In this document: positions 42,803 through 52,568 of the stretch, in pieces
Position numbering within the stretch: the stretch's first letter is position 1
How the letters are laid out: each line of letters begins with the position of its first letter
Assembly (NCBI GenBank): GCA_031459875.1
Contig: JAVKHQ010000009.1
Span: forward strand, 24,116-88,115
DNA from: Candidatus Fervidifonticultor sextus
GTDB taxonomy: Bacteria; Sysuimicrobiota; Sysuimicrobiia; Sysuimicrobiales; Humicultoraceae
Length of the DNA: 64,000 bases
Direction: 5' to 3'
Program-made: the position numbers and the translations under genes
Notes under the pieces: model-generated
Told to the model about the DNA's origin: nothing
What the model saw: only the letters and a program-made list of their open reading frames with translations
The model's database searches: none

Positions 42803-44068
42803 GTGTTCCCCGTGACCGACTTCGAGGCGTTCTTCTCCCGCTCCACCCGCGGCGCCGAACGTTCCATGATCCGGGAACTGCTGAAGATCGCCGCGGCCGC
42901 CGGCAGCCAGATCATCTCCTTTGCGCCGGGCCTGCCGGACCCGGCGACCTTTCCCGTCGACGAGATCCGCGAGGTCGTCGGGGAACTGCTCGCGCGCGGT
43001 GCGGCCCGGGCCCTTCAGTACGGCACGACGGAGGGCGACGCGGCCCTGCGAGACGAGCTGGTGCGCTGGATGGCCAAAGATGGTATCAGGGTGATCCGCG
43101 ACCAGGTCCTGGTCACCACGGGCTCGCAGCAGGCCCTGGACATCGCCGGGCGGGTCTTCCTGGAGCCCGGCGACGTGATCGTGCTGGAACTGCCGTCGTA
43201 CCTGGGCGGCCTGCAGGCGTTCCGGGCCTACCAGGTCGAGATGGTGGGGGTGGCGCAGGACGACGAGGGCATTGCCCCGGACCGGCTGGCCGAGGCGCTC
43301 ACCCGCCTGAGGCGGGCAGGCCGCCGGCCGAAGTTCATCTACGTGGTCCCTGACTTCCAGAACCCCTCAGGGATCACCTGGAGCCGCCAGCGCCGGGAGC
43401 GCCTGCTGGATCTGGCAGAGGAGTTCGACACCCTGGTCGTAGAGGACAACCCCTACCGGGAGATGCGGTTTGCAGGTGAGGCTCCGCCGCCGGTGATGGC
43501 GCTGGACCGCAGCGGACGCACCCTCTATCTGTCCACCTTCAGCAAGACGCTGGCACCCGGGCTGCGGATCGGCTGGATGGCCGCACCCCTCCCCGTGATC
43601 GAGCGGTGTGTGACCGCCAAACAGGGGATGGACCTATGCGGGCCCGCCTTCACCCAGGCGATTGCGGCGGCGCTGCTTGGCCGGGGGACCCTGCTCGATC
43701 GGCTGCCGGCGGTCGTCGAGCGCTACCGGCGGAAGTGCCGGGCGATGCTGGACGCGCTGGAGGACGAGATGCCGCCCGGCGTCACCTGGACCCGGCCCCA
43801 GGGCGGGCTCTTCCTCTGGGTCCGGCTACCCGAGGCGATCGATGCCGGCGCGCTGCTGCAGCACGCCATCGAGGAGGAGGGCGTCGCCTACGTCCCGGGA
43901 CAACAGTTCCACTGCGACGGCAGCGGAGGCAACACCATGCGCCTGAACTTCTCGTACCCGTCGGAAGACGAGATCCGCGACGGGATCGCCCGCCTGGCGA
44001 GGGTCATCAGGCGGACGGCGCCGCCTGTCCACAACATCCACAGGAGGGGAACGCCCGTTTCGGATTGA
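42803..44068 (+). CDS. PLP-dependent aminotransferase class I/II (LysN-like)
   Basis: GLPDP, TTGSQQAL, PDFQNPSG, EDNPY, TFSKTLAPGLRIGW. Confidence 0.9.
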   Translation: MFPVTDFEAFFSRSTRGAERSMIRELLKIAAAAGSQIISFAPGLPDPATFPVDEIREVVGELLARGAARALQYGTTEGDAALRDELVRWMAKDGIRVIRDQVLVTTGSQQALDIAGRVFLEPGDVIVLELPSYLGGLQAFRAYQVEMVGVAQDDEGIAPDRLAEALTRLRRAGRRPKFIYVVPDFQNPSGITWSRQRRERLLDLAEEFDTLVVEDNPYREMRFAGEAPPPVMALDRSGRTLYLSTFSKTLAPGLRIGWMAAPLPVIERCVTAKQGMDLCGPAFTQAIAAALLGRGTLLDRLPAVVERYRRKCRAMLDALEDEMPPGVTWTRPQGGLFLWVRLPEAIDAGALLQHAIEEEGVAYVPGQQFHCDGSGGNTMRLNFSYPSEDEIRDGIARLARVIRRTAPPVHNIHRRGTPVSD

Positions 44069-44094
44069 CGGCTCTTGTGGCGCCGTGCTAGAGT
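44065..44094 (+). promoter_or_regulatory. Sigma70 promoter with no downstream CDS
   Basis: TTGACG-18 nt-TAGAGT with extended TG. Confidence 0.6.
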
Positions 44095-44099
44095 GCTTC

Positions 44100-44186
44100 C
44101 GTCAGCGGCACGTGGTTGCGTGAGGTGGGAGGAGGTACTCCTTCGGGAGCAACCCGGCCTAACTCGGCAGCCGGCGGCCGCTGACG
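44100..44186 (+). ncRNA. Candidate small structured RNA (long irregular hairpin)
   Basis: CGTCAGCGGC/GCCGCTGACG closing stem, GGTTGC/GCAGCC, CTCC-TTCG-GGAG cap; starts at the expected TSS. Confidence 0.5.
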
Positions 44187-44190
44187 TGTG

Positions 44191-45579
44191 TCAGTGCGGG
44201 TTCGCCCGCCGCAGCGACGCCCCCTGCGCATTCTCGGCCGCGTCACGGGTCAGGATCACGGTGACGCCGGCCGATGACGTTCCGGAAACGGGAGTGCTCG
44301 GTCCCTGAGTGACGACCGCCTTGCCCACCGCGGCGGCGACCATGCGCGCCACATGAGGGCCGCCGCCCGATTCGGTAACGGTGGTGACGCCGCCTGCGAC
44401 CCTGGCGGCCCGCAGCCGCACCGTCCTGAACCCGAGGGCCTGGAGGCGGGCGGCCACCTGCCAGCCCACCGCCGGATGGCCGCTGGCGTTGACCACCTCG
44501 ATGGGGACCGTGGCGAGTTCTGCCTCGGACACGCCGTAGAACAGGTCGGCCACCAGGATCCGCACCTTGGGGAGATCGGGTTCCCAGAACATCGGCGCGA
44601 AGGTGCCCGGCAGGGTGTACTCACGCAGGGGACCGCCGTCGGCCCGCAGGGCGAACCAGCCCAGCGTCAGCAGTTCGAGGGGCCTGAGGTTGGACTCGGT
44701 GTTCTCGACGAAGGCCCGCAGCAGCCTGGGCGCCGCCAGGACGATCGAAGGCTGCTTGAACCGCCCCAGCAGCGTGTGCATGACCCTCCGCTGCCGCTCG
44801 ACCCGACCGATGTCGCCCAGCGCGTCGTGGCGGAAGCGGATGTACCCGGTGGCCTGCTCGCCGTTGAGCCGCTGGCGGCCCCTTTTGAGGTCGATGGTGT
44901 AGCCGGCCCAACTGTCGGTGTACTTCATGTCCTTCTCCACATCGACCTCGATCCCCCCGAGCGCGTCGATGATCCTGGCGAAGGACCGGGGCCCCAGCTT
45001 GACGTAGAAATCGACCTTCACCCCCAGCAGGTGCTCGACGGTGGCGATGGTCAGGCGCGGGCCGCCGTAGGCGTAGGAGGCGTTGATCTTCTGGACCCCG
45101 ACGCGCGGGATCTCGGCCCGGGTGTCGCGCGGGATGGAGAGCGCGACGATGCGCCGGCGGTGAGGGTCGAAGGACGCCAGCACGAGCGTGTCCGCCCTGG
45201 CGACGTTGAGGACGCGTCGCCGGTTGTCCAGCGTCACATCGATCCCGATGATGAGGACGTTCACCCGGTCGGTCAGACGCAGGGGCCACGCAAGAGCAGG
45301 AGAGGCGGGACGCCGGAGGTCGGTCCCGGGAACCACCACACGGCCGAGTACGTAGAGGTAGGCCCCCAGTGCCAGGCCGGCGACGATCACAATGGCGACC
45401 GGGAGCGCCACGAGCAGGACGCGCCACCGGGGGCGGGGGCGGGCCGGCGGCCCGGCCGGTCTTTGGGGCGCCTGCGCCGCCTCGTTCCCGGGCGTCTGTG
45501 CAGCGTCGGCGGCCGCCGAGGGGCCCGACGGGGACGAGGGTGCCTGGTCAGGATCGTTGAAAGGATCGCGCACGACCAC
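44191..45579 (-). CDS. LCP (LytR-CpsA-Psr) family protein with LytR C-terminal domain
   Basis: TM helix, RADT, SIPRDT, KINASY, RFRHDALGDIGRVERQ; probably leaderless (TAGGAT 6 nt before GTG). Confidence 0.9.
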   Translation of the reverse strand: MVVRDPFNDPDQAPSSPSGPSAAADAAQTPGNEAAQAPQRPAGPPARPRPRWRVLLVALPVAIVIVAGLALGAYLYVLGRVVVPGTDLRRPASPALAWPLRLTDRVNVLIIGIDVTLDNRRRVLNVARADTLVLASFDPHRRRIVALSIPRDTRAEIPRVGVQKINASYAYGGPRLTIATVEHLLGVKVDFYVKLGPRSFARIIDALGGIEVDVEKDMKYTDSWAGYTIDLKRGRQRLNGEQATGYIRFRHDALGDIGRVERQRRVMHTLLGRFKQPSIVLAAPRLLRAFVENTESNLRPLELLTLGWFALRADGGPLREYTLPGTFAPMFWEPDLPKVRILVADLFYGVSEAELATVPIEVVNASGHPAVGWQVAARLQALGFRTVRLRAARVAGGVTTVTESGGGPHVARMVAAAVGKAVVTQGPSTPVSGTSSAGVTVILTRDAAENAQGASLRRANPH

Positions 45580-45689
45580 AAGTCTATCCTACCCCTTGAG
45601 GTCGTGCAACGACACCAATCGCAGAGGACTTGCGTCCCATGGTACCTAACCTCTACGGTGCCGCCGGAGCCCTTCAGGAGGCCGTCTAC

Positions 45690-46556
45690 GTGAAGGAACT
45701 GCGCCTGAATGCCTACGCCAAGGTGAACCTGGGGCTGAACGTGCTGGAGCGTCGGGAGGACGGATTCCACGAGGTCGAGACCATCCTCCACACCATCGCC
45801 CTGCATGACGAGATCACACTGCGCGAGGCGGGCGAGGGCGTGCGGGTCGTCGCAGACACCGCCGAGGTGCCCACCGGGCCCGACAGCCCCATCTATCGAG
45901 CCGCGGCCCTGCTGCGCGAGGAGCACCGGATCACCCAGCCGGTGGAGATCGAGGTGCGCAAGCGGATTCCCATCGCCGCCGGACTGGGCGGCGGGAGCGC
46001 CGATGCCGCCGTGACGCTCATGGGTCTGGCGCAGATGTGGAAGTTGCGCCTGGACGGCCGCGAGCTGGCCGCCCTGGCCGGCCGGATCGGGTCTGATGTC
46101 CCCTTCTTCCTGGGCGGCGGTGCGGCCGTGGCCCGGGGCCGCGGAGAGCGCGTGCAGCCTCTGCCGGCGCTACCGGCGACGTGGGTGGTGCTGGCCCGGC
46201 CGCGCATTCCCGTCTCGACCGAATGGGCCTACCGGCAGATCAGGCCCGCGGAGATCGTCCGTCGGCCCGACATCCCCGGTCTGATCGAGGCGATCACCCG
46301 GCGGGACGTCCCCGCCGTCGGCCGGCTGCTGGGGAACGTCTTCGAGGAGGTCATCGCCGCCCATCACCCCATCGTCGCCGAGGTGAAGGCGCGCATCCTG
46401 CACGGGGAAGCCTACGGCGCCGCCATGACCGGGACCGGCCCGACCGTCTACGGCCTGATGGCCAACGAGGCCGCGGCGCGACGGGTCGCCGAGGACCTGA
46501 CGACCATGGACAACCTGGACGTGATCGTGACGCGCACCTTTGCGGAGGAGCGGTAG
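45690..46556 (+). CDS. ispE: 4-diphosphocytidyl-2-C-methyl-D-erythritol kinase
   Basis: AKVNL, DGFHE, KRIPIAAGLGGGSADAA, GSDVPFF, MTGTGPTV. Confidence 0.95.
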   Translation: MKELRLNAYAKVNLGLNVLERREDGFHEVETILHTIALHDEITLREAGEGVRVVADTAEVPTGPDSPIYRAAALLREEHRITQPVEIEVRKRIPIAAGLGGGSADAAVTLMGLAQMWKLRLDGRELAALAGRIGSDVPFFLGGGAAVARGRGERVQPLPALPATWVVLARPRIPVSTEWAYRQIRPAEIVRRPDIPGLIEAITRRDVPAVGRLLGNVFEEVIAAHHPIVAEVKARILHGEAYGAAMTGTGPTVYGLMANEAAARRVAEDLTTMDNLDVIVTRTFAEER

Positions 46557-47350
46557 TGCCCGACGCGGTCGTCCTGGCCGGCGGCGGACCTGAGCCGGGC
46601 CTGGCTCCCGGTCTGCCCAACAAGGCGTTCCTGGAAATCGCGGGCCGGCCGCTGGTGCTCCGCGTTGTCGAGGCGCTGCGGGCGTGCCCGGCGGTGGGCC
46701 GCGTGGTGGTGGCGGGGCCGCCGGCGTCGCTGCGCCCTCTCTTCGACGCGTCGGTCCAGATCGTGCCCGAGCGGGATGCCATGATGGACAACCTGATGGC
46801 GGCTGTGGCCAGCCTGCCGGGTGCGGTCCAGGTCCTGGTGGTGGCGTCCGACCTGCCCCTGCTGTCGGCCGAGGCGATCGGGAGTTTTCTGGATCGCTGC
46901 GAGGGCGGCGCCGATGTCTACTACCCGATCGTGCCGCAGTCTTCGATTGAGAGCCGCTATCCGGGTGCCCGCAAGACCTACGTCCGGGTGGCCGACGGTA
47001 CGTTTGCCGGCGGCAGCGTGCTGCTCCTCTCCGCCAGCGTCCTCGATCGCGTCCGGCCGTTGGTCGAACAGATCGTGGCGGCACGGAAGAGGCCGTGGGT
47101 GCTGGCGCACCTGTTCGGGTGGTCCGTCGTGATGAAGTTCGCCTCCGGAAGGCTCTCCATTGCCGAGATGGAGGCGCGCGCTCTCCAGGTGGCTGGGATC
47201 CGGGGCCGCGCGGTCATTGTCGAGGACCCCGCCCTCGCCCTCGATGTGGACGCCGAGCGGCCCGAGAACCTCCGCGCGATCCGGCGGGCCCTGGGCGCCG
47301 ACCCGGCCGGAGACAGTCTAGGCGTGGGGACCGAAGGGGACGCGGGGTGA
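46556..47350 (+). CDS. MobA-like nucleotidyltransferase family protein
   Basis: DAVVLAGG, NKAFL, SDLPLL. Confidence 0.75.
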   Translation: MPDAVVLAGGGPEPGLAPGLPNKAFLEIAGRPLVLRVVEALRACPAVGRVVVAGPPASLRPLFDASVQIVPERDAMMDNLMAAVASLPGAVQVLVVASDLPLLSAEAIGSFLDRCEGGADVYYPIVPQSSIESRYPGARKTYVRVADGTFAGGSVLLLSASVLDRVRPLVEQIVAARKRPWVLAHLFGWSVVMKFASGRLSIAEMEARALQVAGIRGRAVIVEDPALALDVDAERPENLRAIRRALGADPAGDSLGVGTEGDAG

Positions 47351-48240
47351 TGCTGGAGGGAACGTCCACGGGGCGCCGGAGGGCCGGCCGGCTCCGGCGG
47401 GGCGACCGGATGGTGGTCATCGCTCACCGGTTGATGGCGGCGCCGAACCGCCTGGTCTCCCTCTCGGCGTTTGCGGATCTGCTGGGCGCCGCCAAGTCTA
47501 CGGTCAGCGAGGATCTGGCGCTGCTGCGCGCGGTGTGCGAGCGCTTCGGCCTGGGCAGGATTGAAACCGTCCCTGGCGCCGCCGGCGGCGTGCGCTACCG
47601 GCCGCTCAGGACCCGGGCGCAGATCCTGGGCCTGGTGGAGGATCTCTGTGGCCGGCTGCGGGAGCCGGCCCGGGTGCTGCCGGGCGGATTCCTGCACACC
47701 ACCGACCTAATCTCGACCCCCACCCTGGCGGCGGCGGTCGGCGAGGTCTTCGCCACGCTGTTCGAGGACGCCCGGCCCGACGCGGTCCTGACCATGGAGG
47801 TCAAGGGTATCCCCCTGGCCCTGATGACCGCGCGTGCCTTCAACGTCCCCCTGGTGACCATCCGTCGGGGCGGGAGGGTGACCGAAGGGCCGTCGGTGAG
47901 CGTCAACTACGTGTCGGGGTCGTCCCGAATGGTCCAGTCGATGACCCTGCCGCTACGGGCCATCCCGCAGGGCGCGCGGGTGCTGTTCATCGACGACTTC
48001 CTGCGGGGTGGCGGGACAGCCCGTGGGGTATATGATTTGATGAAGGAATTCGGGGCGGAAGTCGCGGGTGTCGGAGTGCTGATAGAGACGGAGCAGCCGG
48101 CCGACAAGATGCTCGACCGCTATCTCGCGCTCATCACCTATCATGGGGTCGGGACGCACGGCGAGGGGCTGGTCAGCCCCAGCCGCTGGGTGACGTCCCT
48201 GGCGGGCCGCGATGACGACGACGTGAGGTCCCGCGAGTGA
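47350..48240 (+). CDS. purR: Bacillus-type pur operon repressor
   Basis: AKSTVSEDL, GAAGGVRY, LPGGFL, VTEGPSVSVNYVSGSS, IDDFLRGGGT. Confidence 0.9.
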   Translation: MLEGTSTGRRRAGRLRRGDRMVVIAHRLMAAPNRLVSLSAFADLLGAAKSTVSEDLALLRAVCERFGLGRIETVPGAAGGVRYRPLRTRAQILGLVEDLCGRLREPARVLPGGFLHTTDLISTPTLAAAVGEVFATLFEDARPDAVLTMEVKGIPLALMTARAFNVPLVTIRRGGRVTEGPSVSVNYVSGSSRMVQSMTLPLRAIPQGARVLFIDDFLRGGGTARGVYDLMKEFGAEVAGVGVLIETEQPADKMLDRYLALITYHGVGTHGEGLVSPSRWVTSLAGRDDDDVRSRE

Positions 48241-48839
48241 CCCTGGACGACATTCACCGAGAACTGGCGTTCTTCCGTCCGGGCGTCGTGCGCCTGAACC
48301 CTCCTGCATCGCCGGGGGTGATCGCGCAGGCCGAGGCCGAACTGGGCGTGCGGTTCTCCCCGTCCATGCGCGCCGTGCTGGAGGGCTTCAACGGCGGCTA
48401 TGTGGTCAACGAGCCGATCCTCGGCGTGCCGCCGGTGCAGTCGGCCCTCGATCTCCTCTTCGCCACGCGGCAGGCACGGGCCCACTGGGGGCCCATCGGC
48501 TGGAAGCAGGAGTTCGTGGAGATCGGCAGCGACGGCTGCGGCAATCCGTACGTGCTGTTGACAGACCGCGCCGACCCGGGCGGTGAGGCGCCGGTGGGCT
48601 TCTTCGACGCCGGCGTGATGGACATCACCGAGGTCGTGGCGTCGTCGTATCTGACCTACCTCTGGTTTCTGATTCAGGACGTCAAGTGGTACCATCAGGC
48701 CGACGGGAAACCGCTGGTCCGCGACGAGGTCCTCTGGACGAAGGCGACCGTCGTCGTCCGTCCCGACGCGCTGTCCCCCTGGCGCTTCAACGAGGCCTGG
48801 ATGCTCGCGCACGACCCCGCGCTGGCGAGGTGGCGCTAG
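48237..48839 (+). CDS. SMI1/KNR4 (SUKH) family protein
   Basis: PPAS..IAQAEAELGVRF, FNGG, IGSDGCGN.Y. Confidence 0.75.
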   Translation: MTLDDIHRELAFFRPGVVRLNPPASPGVIAQAEAELGVRFSPSMRAVLEGFNGGYVVNEPILGVPPVQSALDLLFATRQARAHWGPIGWKQEFVEIGSDGCGNPYVLLTDRADPGGEAPVGFFDAGVMDITEVVASSYLTYLWFLIQDVKWYHQADGKPLVRDEVLWTKATVVVRPDALSPWRFNEAWMLAHDPALARWR

Positions 48840-48904
48840 GCCGCCGCGCGCATCGGTCCCGACAGCGGCATCCCACCCCGACCCTGCGCTCACTGGAGGT
48901 TGAG

Positions 48905-50305
48905 ATGAGTGTCTTGACGCATTCGTGGCTGCGGGCCTGCCTGGCAGCCGTTGCCTGCCTCGTGCTCGCGGCTCCTGCCCATGTGGCCATGGCTCAGGCG
49001 CCGTCTATGGCGCCCGCCCAGACCCCGGCCCAGCCGCCGCGGCCCATCACGTTGCTCGAGGCGCTGACGCTGGCCGCCCAGAACAACCACGGGCTGCGCG
49101 CCGCCGCCTTCGAGGTGACCGTGGCCCGGGCGCAGCTGGCGCAGGCCGAGGCCTTCAAACGGGGGCTGCTGACGGGATCGGCGTCTTACACCCGCATCAA
49201 CGAGCGCTCCGGGGGCACGATCACCATCCCGCCTATTCCCGGCGTTACCCCATCGCCGGTCACCATCACGCTGCCGCCGCCGGACCCGAACATCTACTCG
49301 GTGGGCGTCGTCTACCAGTTCCCGCTGTATTCCGGCGGCCGGTTCGAATGGCAGATCGCGCTGGCCCAGGCCAACGTGCGCGGCGCCGAGGCCGCCCTGG
49401 AGCGGGCCAAGCAGCAACTCGTGCTGGACGTCCGGCAGGCGTACTTCCAGGTACTCCTGGCCCAGGCCGGCGTGGAGGTCGCCCGGCGCACCGTGGCGTC
49501 GGCGGAGGAGAACCTCCGCCTGGCCCGCGCCCGGGTCGCCGCCGGGGCCTCGCCCCGGTTCGACGAGGTGCAGGCCGAGGTCACCCTGGCCAACGCCCGC
49601 CAGAGCCTGATCCGCGCGCGCAACGGCCTGGCGCTGGCCCAGCACGGCCTCAACACCCTGCTGGCGCTGCCCCAGGATACGCCGCTGGCGCCGCGGGAGA
49701 CGATGACCGCCGTCCCGCTGCGCACCGGCCTGGAGGCCCTCATCCGGCGCGCTCTGGAGAACCGTCCCGAACTCGTCGAGCACCGCGCGCGGCTGGCCGC
49801 GGCCCAGGCCGCCGTAGAGGTCGCCCGCGCCGGCTTGCGCCCGCTGGTCGTCGTGCAGGGGGGACCGACGTACGGCAACGCCTCGGGCACCGGCGGCGCG
49901 CCGACCGCCTCAGCCGGGTGGAGCGTCACGCTGCTGGCCACCCTGACCCTCTCCGACGGCAATCAGACCAGCGAACGCATCCGCGAGGCCGAGGCCAGGG
50001 TGGCGCAACTGCGGGAGGCTGAGGCGCACCTGCGTCAGGCCGTCGAGCTTGAGGTCCGCCGCGCCGTGCTGAACCACGCGGCGTCCGCCGAGGAACTGGC
50101 AGCTGCCGACAAGATCATCGAGCAGGCCCAGGAGCAGTTGCGCATCGCCAGCGTCCGGTTTACCGCCGGCGTCTCGACGAATTTCGAGGTCATCACGGCG
50201 CTGGCTGCGGTCGCGCAGGCCGAGGCGAACCGGATCCAGGCGCTGTTCAACCTGAACGTGGCGCGGGCGCAGCTGGAGCGGGCGGTGGGCGGAGGAGTGG
50301 AGTGA
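48905..50305 (+). CDS. TolC-family outer membrane protein
   Basis: Signal peptide, two OEP repeats, PLYSGG, VRQAYF, AQLERAVG. Confidence 0.88.
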   Translation: MSVLTHSWLRACLAAVACLVLAAPAHVAMAQAPSMAPAQTPAQPPRPITLLEALTLAAQNNHGLRAAAFEVTVARAQLAQAEAFKRGLLTGSASYTRINERSGGTITIPPIPGVTPSPVTITLPPPDPNIYSVGVVYQFPLYSGGRFEWQIALAQANVRGAEAALERAKQQLVLDVRQAYFQVLLAQAGVEVARRTVASAEENLRLARARVAAGASPRFDEVQAEVTLANARQSLIRARNGLALAQHGLNTLLALPQDTPLAPRETMTAVPLRTGLEALIRRALENRPELVEHRARLAAAQAAVEVARAGLRPLVVVQGGPTYGNASGTGGAPTASAGWSVTLLATLTLSDGNQTSERIREAEARVAQLREAEAHLRQAVELEVRRAVLNHAASAEELAAADKIIEQAQEQLRIASVRFTAGVSTNFEVITALAAVAQAEANRIQALFNLNVARAQLERAVGGGVE

Positions 50306-50373
50306 GGGGAGCAGGTTGCGGGCGGTCCGGCATGCGGGCGGTGCGGGAGCGTGCGGGAGGTGTGCTGGAGTGG

Positions 50374-50402
50374 TTGACACTCTGCGGGCTGGGCGCTAGC
50401 AT
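50374..50402 (+). promoter_or_regulatory. Sigma70 promoter of tRNA
   Basis: TTGACA-17 nt-TAGCAT. Confidence 0.8.
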
Positions 50403-50413
50403 CTAAGGTGCGA

Positions 50414-50490
<77 letters not shown>

Positions 50491-50499
50491 AAAATCGAG

Positions 50500-50529
50500 A
50501 CAGGACGCGAGTTTCGGCTCGCGTCCTGT
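50500..50529 (+). terminator. Hairpin terminator after tRNA
   Basis: ACAGGACGCGAG-loop-CTCGCGTCCTGT perfect 12-bp stem. Confidence 0.75.
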
Positions 50530-50566
50530 TCGCATCTCTGAGCGCCTGCTAATTAGGTTCTGCTCG

Positions 50567-50761
50567 TTGGGAGAGGCTGGCGCGACCCAGAGGTCGATCA
50601 AGCAGAGGGTTCTTGAGGCCGCTGAAAGCCTGCCCGCGGACGCGACTGTCGAGGACGCCATGGAGCGCCTCTACTTGCTGGCGAAGATCCAGCGGGGCCT
50701 TGAACAAGCTGCGGGGGAGACGGTCTCCAACGAGGAAGCCAAGAAGCGGCTTCTCAAGTGA
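50567..50761 (+). CDS. Putative antitoxin of a RelE/ParE-type module
   Basis: KQRVLEAAESLPADATVEDAMERLYLLAKIQRGLEQ..GETVSNEEAKKRL. Confidence 0.6.
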   Translation: MGEAGATQRSIKQRVLEAAESLPADATVEDAMERLYLLAKIQRGLEQAAGETVSNEEAKKRLLK

Positions 50762-50805
50762 AGCGGGTCCTCTGGTCTAGGGGCGTCGCCCCGCCGGCCG
50801 GCTCA

Positions 50806-51258
50806 CTAGATCCGCAGGTCCACGATCGCCGACACGCCGACCCCCGGCACCCGCCGCAGCGCCTCCCAGGGCTTCAGGTCGTCCACCGGAACATAGGCCT
50901 TGATGCGGAACGCCGTCTGGAAGTCTGCCTCCACCAGGGCGACAGCCTGGACCCGTCGCACCGCCGACTGGGGGCCGGAGACCTGCGCGGCCCCGACGTA
51001 GGCGCCGCCAGGGTTGTTGATCCCGATGGTCACGCTGAGGATGGGCACGACCTTGGTCTGGGCGCGCACGGCCGCGCCGCGGTTTTGCAGCAGATCGTTG
51101 ATGAAGGTGTTGATCTGGGGCGCGAAGGCTCTCACGGCGTACCCGACGCCGAGGGTCTTGATGATGCTGAAGACGTCCTGGCTGTGGACGCGGGCGGCGG
51201 TGCCGCCGATCAGGAGCGTCATCAGGAGCGAGAACGCCATCCCACGCAGTGCGCGCAT
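50806..51258 (-). CDS. Conserved hypothetical secreted protein
   Basis: SD GGGAGGG, signal peptide, INTFIN...TKVVPILS...YVGAAQVSGP. Confidence 0.7.
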   Translation of the reverse strand: MRALRGMAFSLLMTLLIGGTAARVHSQDVFSIIKTLGVGYAVRAFAPQINTFINDLLQNRGAAVRAQTKVVPILSVTIGINNPGGAYVGAAQVSGPQSAVRRVQAVALVEADFQTAFRIKAYVPVDDLKPWEALRRVPGVGVSAIVDLRI

Positions 51259-51357
51259 GGCCACCCTCCCTGTGCGAGACGTCTCCGGCATCTGGTCTTG
51301 ATACGGCGGGACAGCCCGGCAGGTTCCGGCGACGCCGTCGAGAAGACGAGAGCGTCC

Positions 51358-52500
51358 ATGGACGCTCTCGTCCGGCGCGGCCTGCAGGCCCTCGAGGCGG
51401 CCGTGCCCCAGGTCATCGAGGAGGCGATCGGCATCTGCAGGGTGCCGGCGCCGACGTTTCATGAAGCCCGCAGGGCCGGGCACGTCTTGGAGCGCATGCG
51501 GGCGCTGGGGCTCGGCGATCCCCGCACGGACGAGGCAGGCAATGTGATCTGTGAACTTCCGGGCGATCCCGGCGGCCCGGCGGTGGTGCTGATGGCCCAC
51601 CTGGACACGGTCTTTGGCCCGCAGACACCGATCGAGGTGCGCCGCGAGGGCGACCTCCTCTATGGCCCCGGGATCGGCGACAACAGCGTGGCGCTGGCGG
51701 CGATGCTCTGGTTGGGGCGGACGCTGCGGGACCTGTCGGGCCGCGGCACCCTGATCCTGGCCGCGAACGTGGGCGAGGAGGGCCTGGGCAACCTCCGGGG
51801 CGCGAAGGCCGTGTGGGACCGGTTCGGCAGCCGGGCCGATGCCTGGATCATCCTGGAAGGTGCCACGTTCAACCGGGGCGTGCGGGCCGGCGTCTGCTCG
51901 CGGCGGCTGGCCGTGACCTACCGCACCGCGGGCGGGCATTCGTGGCTGGACTTCGGTCAGCCCAGCGCCGTCCACGCGCTGGGGACCCTGATCAGCGGGA
52001 TCGCCCAGATCCGGGTCCCGTCGGAGCCGAAGACCACGTACAACGTCGGGGTCATCGAGGGGGGCCGGTCGGTCAACACCATCGCCCCGGAGGCGAGCCT
52101 CACCCTCGACATGCGGTCGGAAGACGCCCGCGCGCTGGCCGCGCTGGAGGAGACGGTGCGGGGTCTCGTCGAGGCCGTCGCGCGCGCCGCAGGGGTCCGG
52201 GCCGCCATCGAGGTGGTGGGAGACCGCCCGGGCGGACGTCTGCCGCCGGACCATCCCCTGGTCAGGCTGGTGGAAGACACCGCCGTGTCCCTGGGGACGC
52301 CCATCCACTGGGAGCCCGGGAGCACCGATGCCAACGTGCCGCTGGCTCACGGCGCCGCGGCGGTCTGCCTGGGGGTGGCCAGCGGACGCCACCTCCATTC
52401 GGTCGATGAGGTGCTGGATGTGAGCGTGCTGCCCGCCGGCCTGCGGCAGGCCTACCTGGTGCTGGCGGCGCTGCTGCGGGGGGCGATGGCAGCCCGGTGA
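51358..52500 (+). CDS. M20/M25/M40 metallo-hydrolase
   Basis: AHLDTV, GPGIGDN, VGEEGLGNL, GGHS, STDAN. Confidence 0.88.
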   Translation: MDALVRRGLQALEAAVPQVIEEAIGICRVPAPTFHEARRAGHVLERMRALGLGDPRTDEAGNVICELPGDPGGPAVVLMAHLDTVFGPQTPIEVRREGDLLYGPGIGDNSVALAAMLWLGRTLRDLSGRGTLILAANVGEEGLGNLRGAKAVWDRFGSRADAWIILEGATFNRGVRAGVCSRRLAVTYRTAGGHSWLDFGQPSAVHALGTLISGIAQIRVPSEPKTTYNVGVIEGGRSVNTIAPEASLTLDMRSEDARALAALEETVRGLVEAVARAAGVRAAIEVVGDRPGGRLPPDHPLVRLVEDTAVSLGTPIHWEPGSTDANVPLAHGAAAVCLGVASGRHLHSVDEVLDVSVLPAGLRQAYLVLAALLRGAMAAR

Positions 52501-52568
52501 GAGCCGCGGCCACTCTCCCCCGGCGGCGCTCGGTCCTTCGATCCCTGTCTGCGACCTGCTCCCGTCAC

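Noticed and set aside
44100..44186. Call as SRP 4.5S RNA
   Set aside because: Lacks the conserved CAGG..GNRA..AGCAG domain IV motif; kept as an unknown RNA candidate
50758..51357. N-terminal extension of the M20 hydrolase ORF; likewise extended starts for nuoB, nuoF, nuoN, thrC-like, tolC and rsmA in the ORF track
   Set aside because: Extensions overlap real neighbouring genes; better SD-start pairs lie downstream
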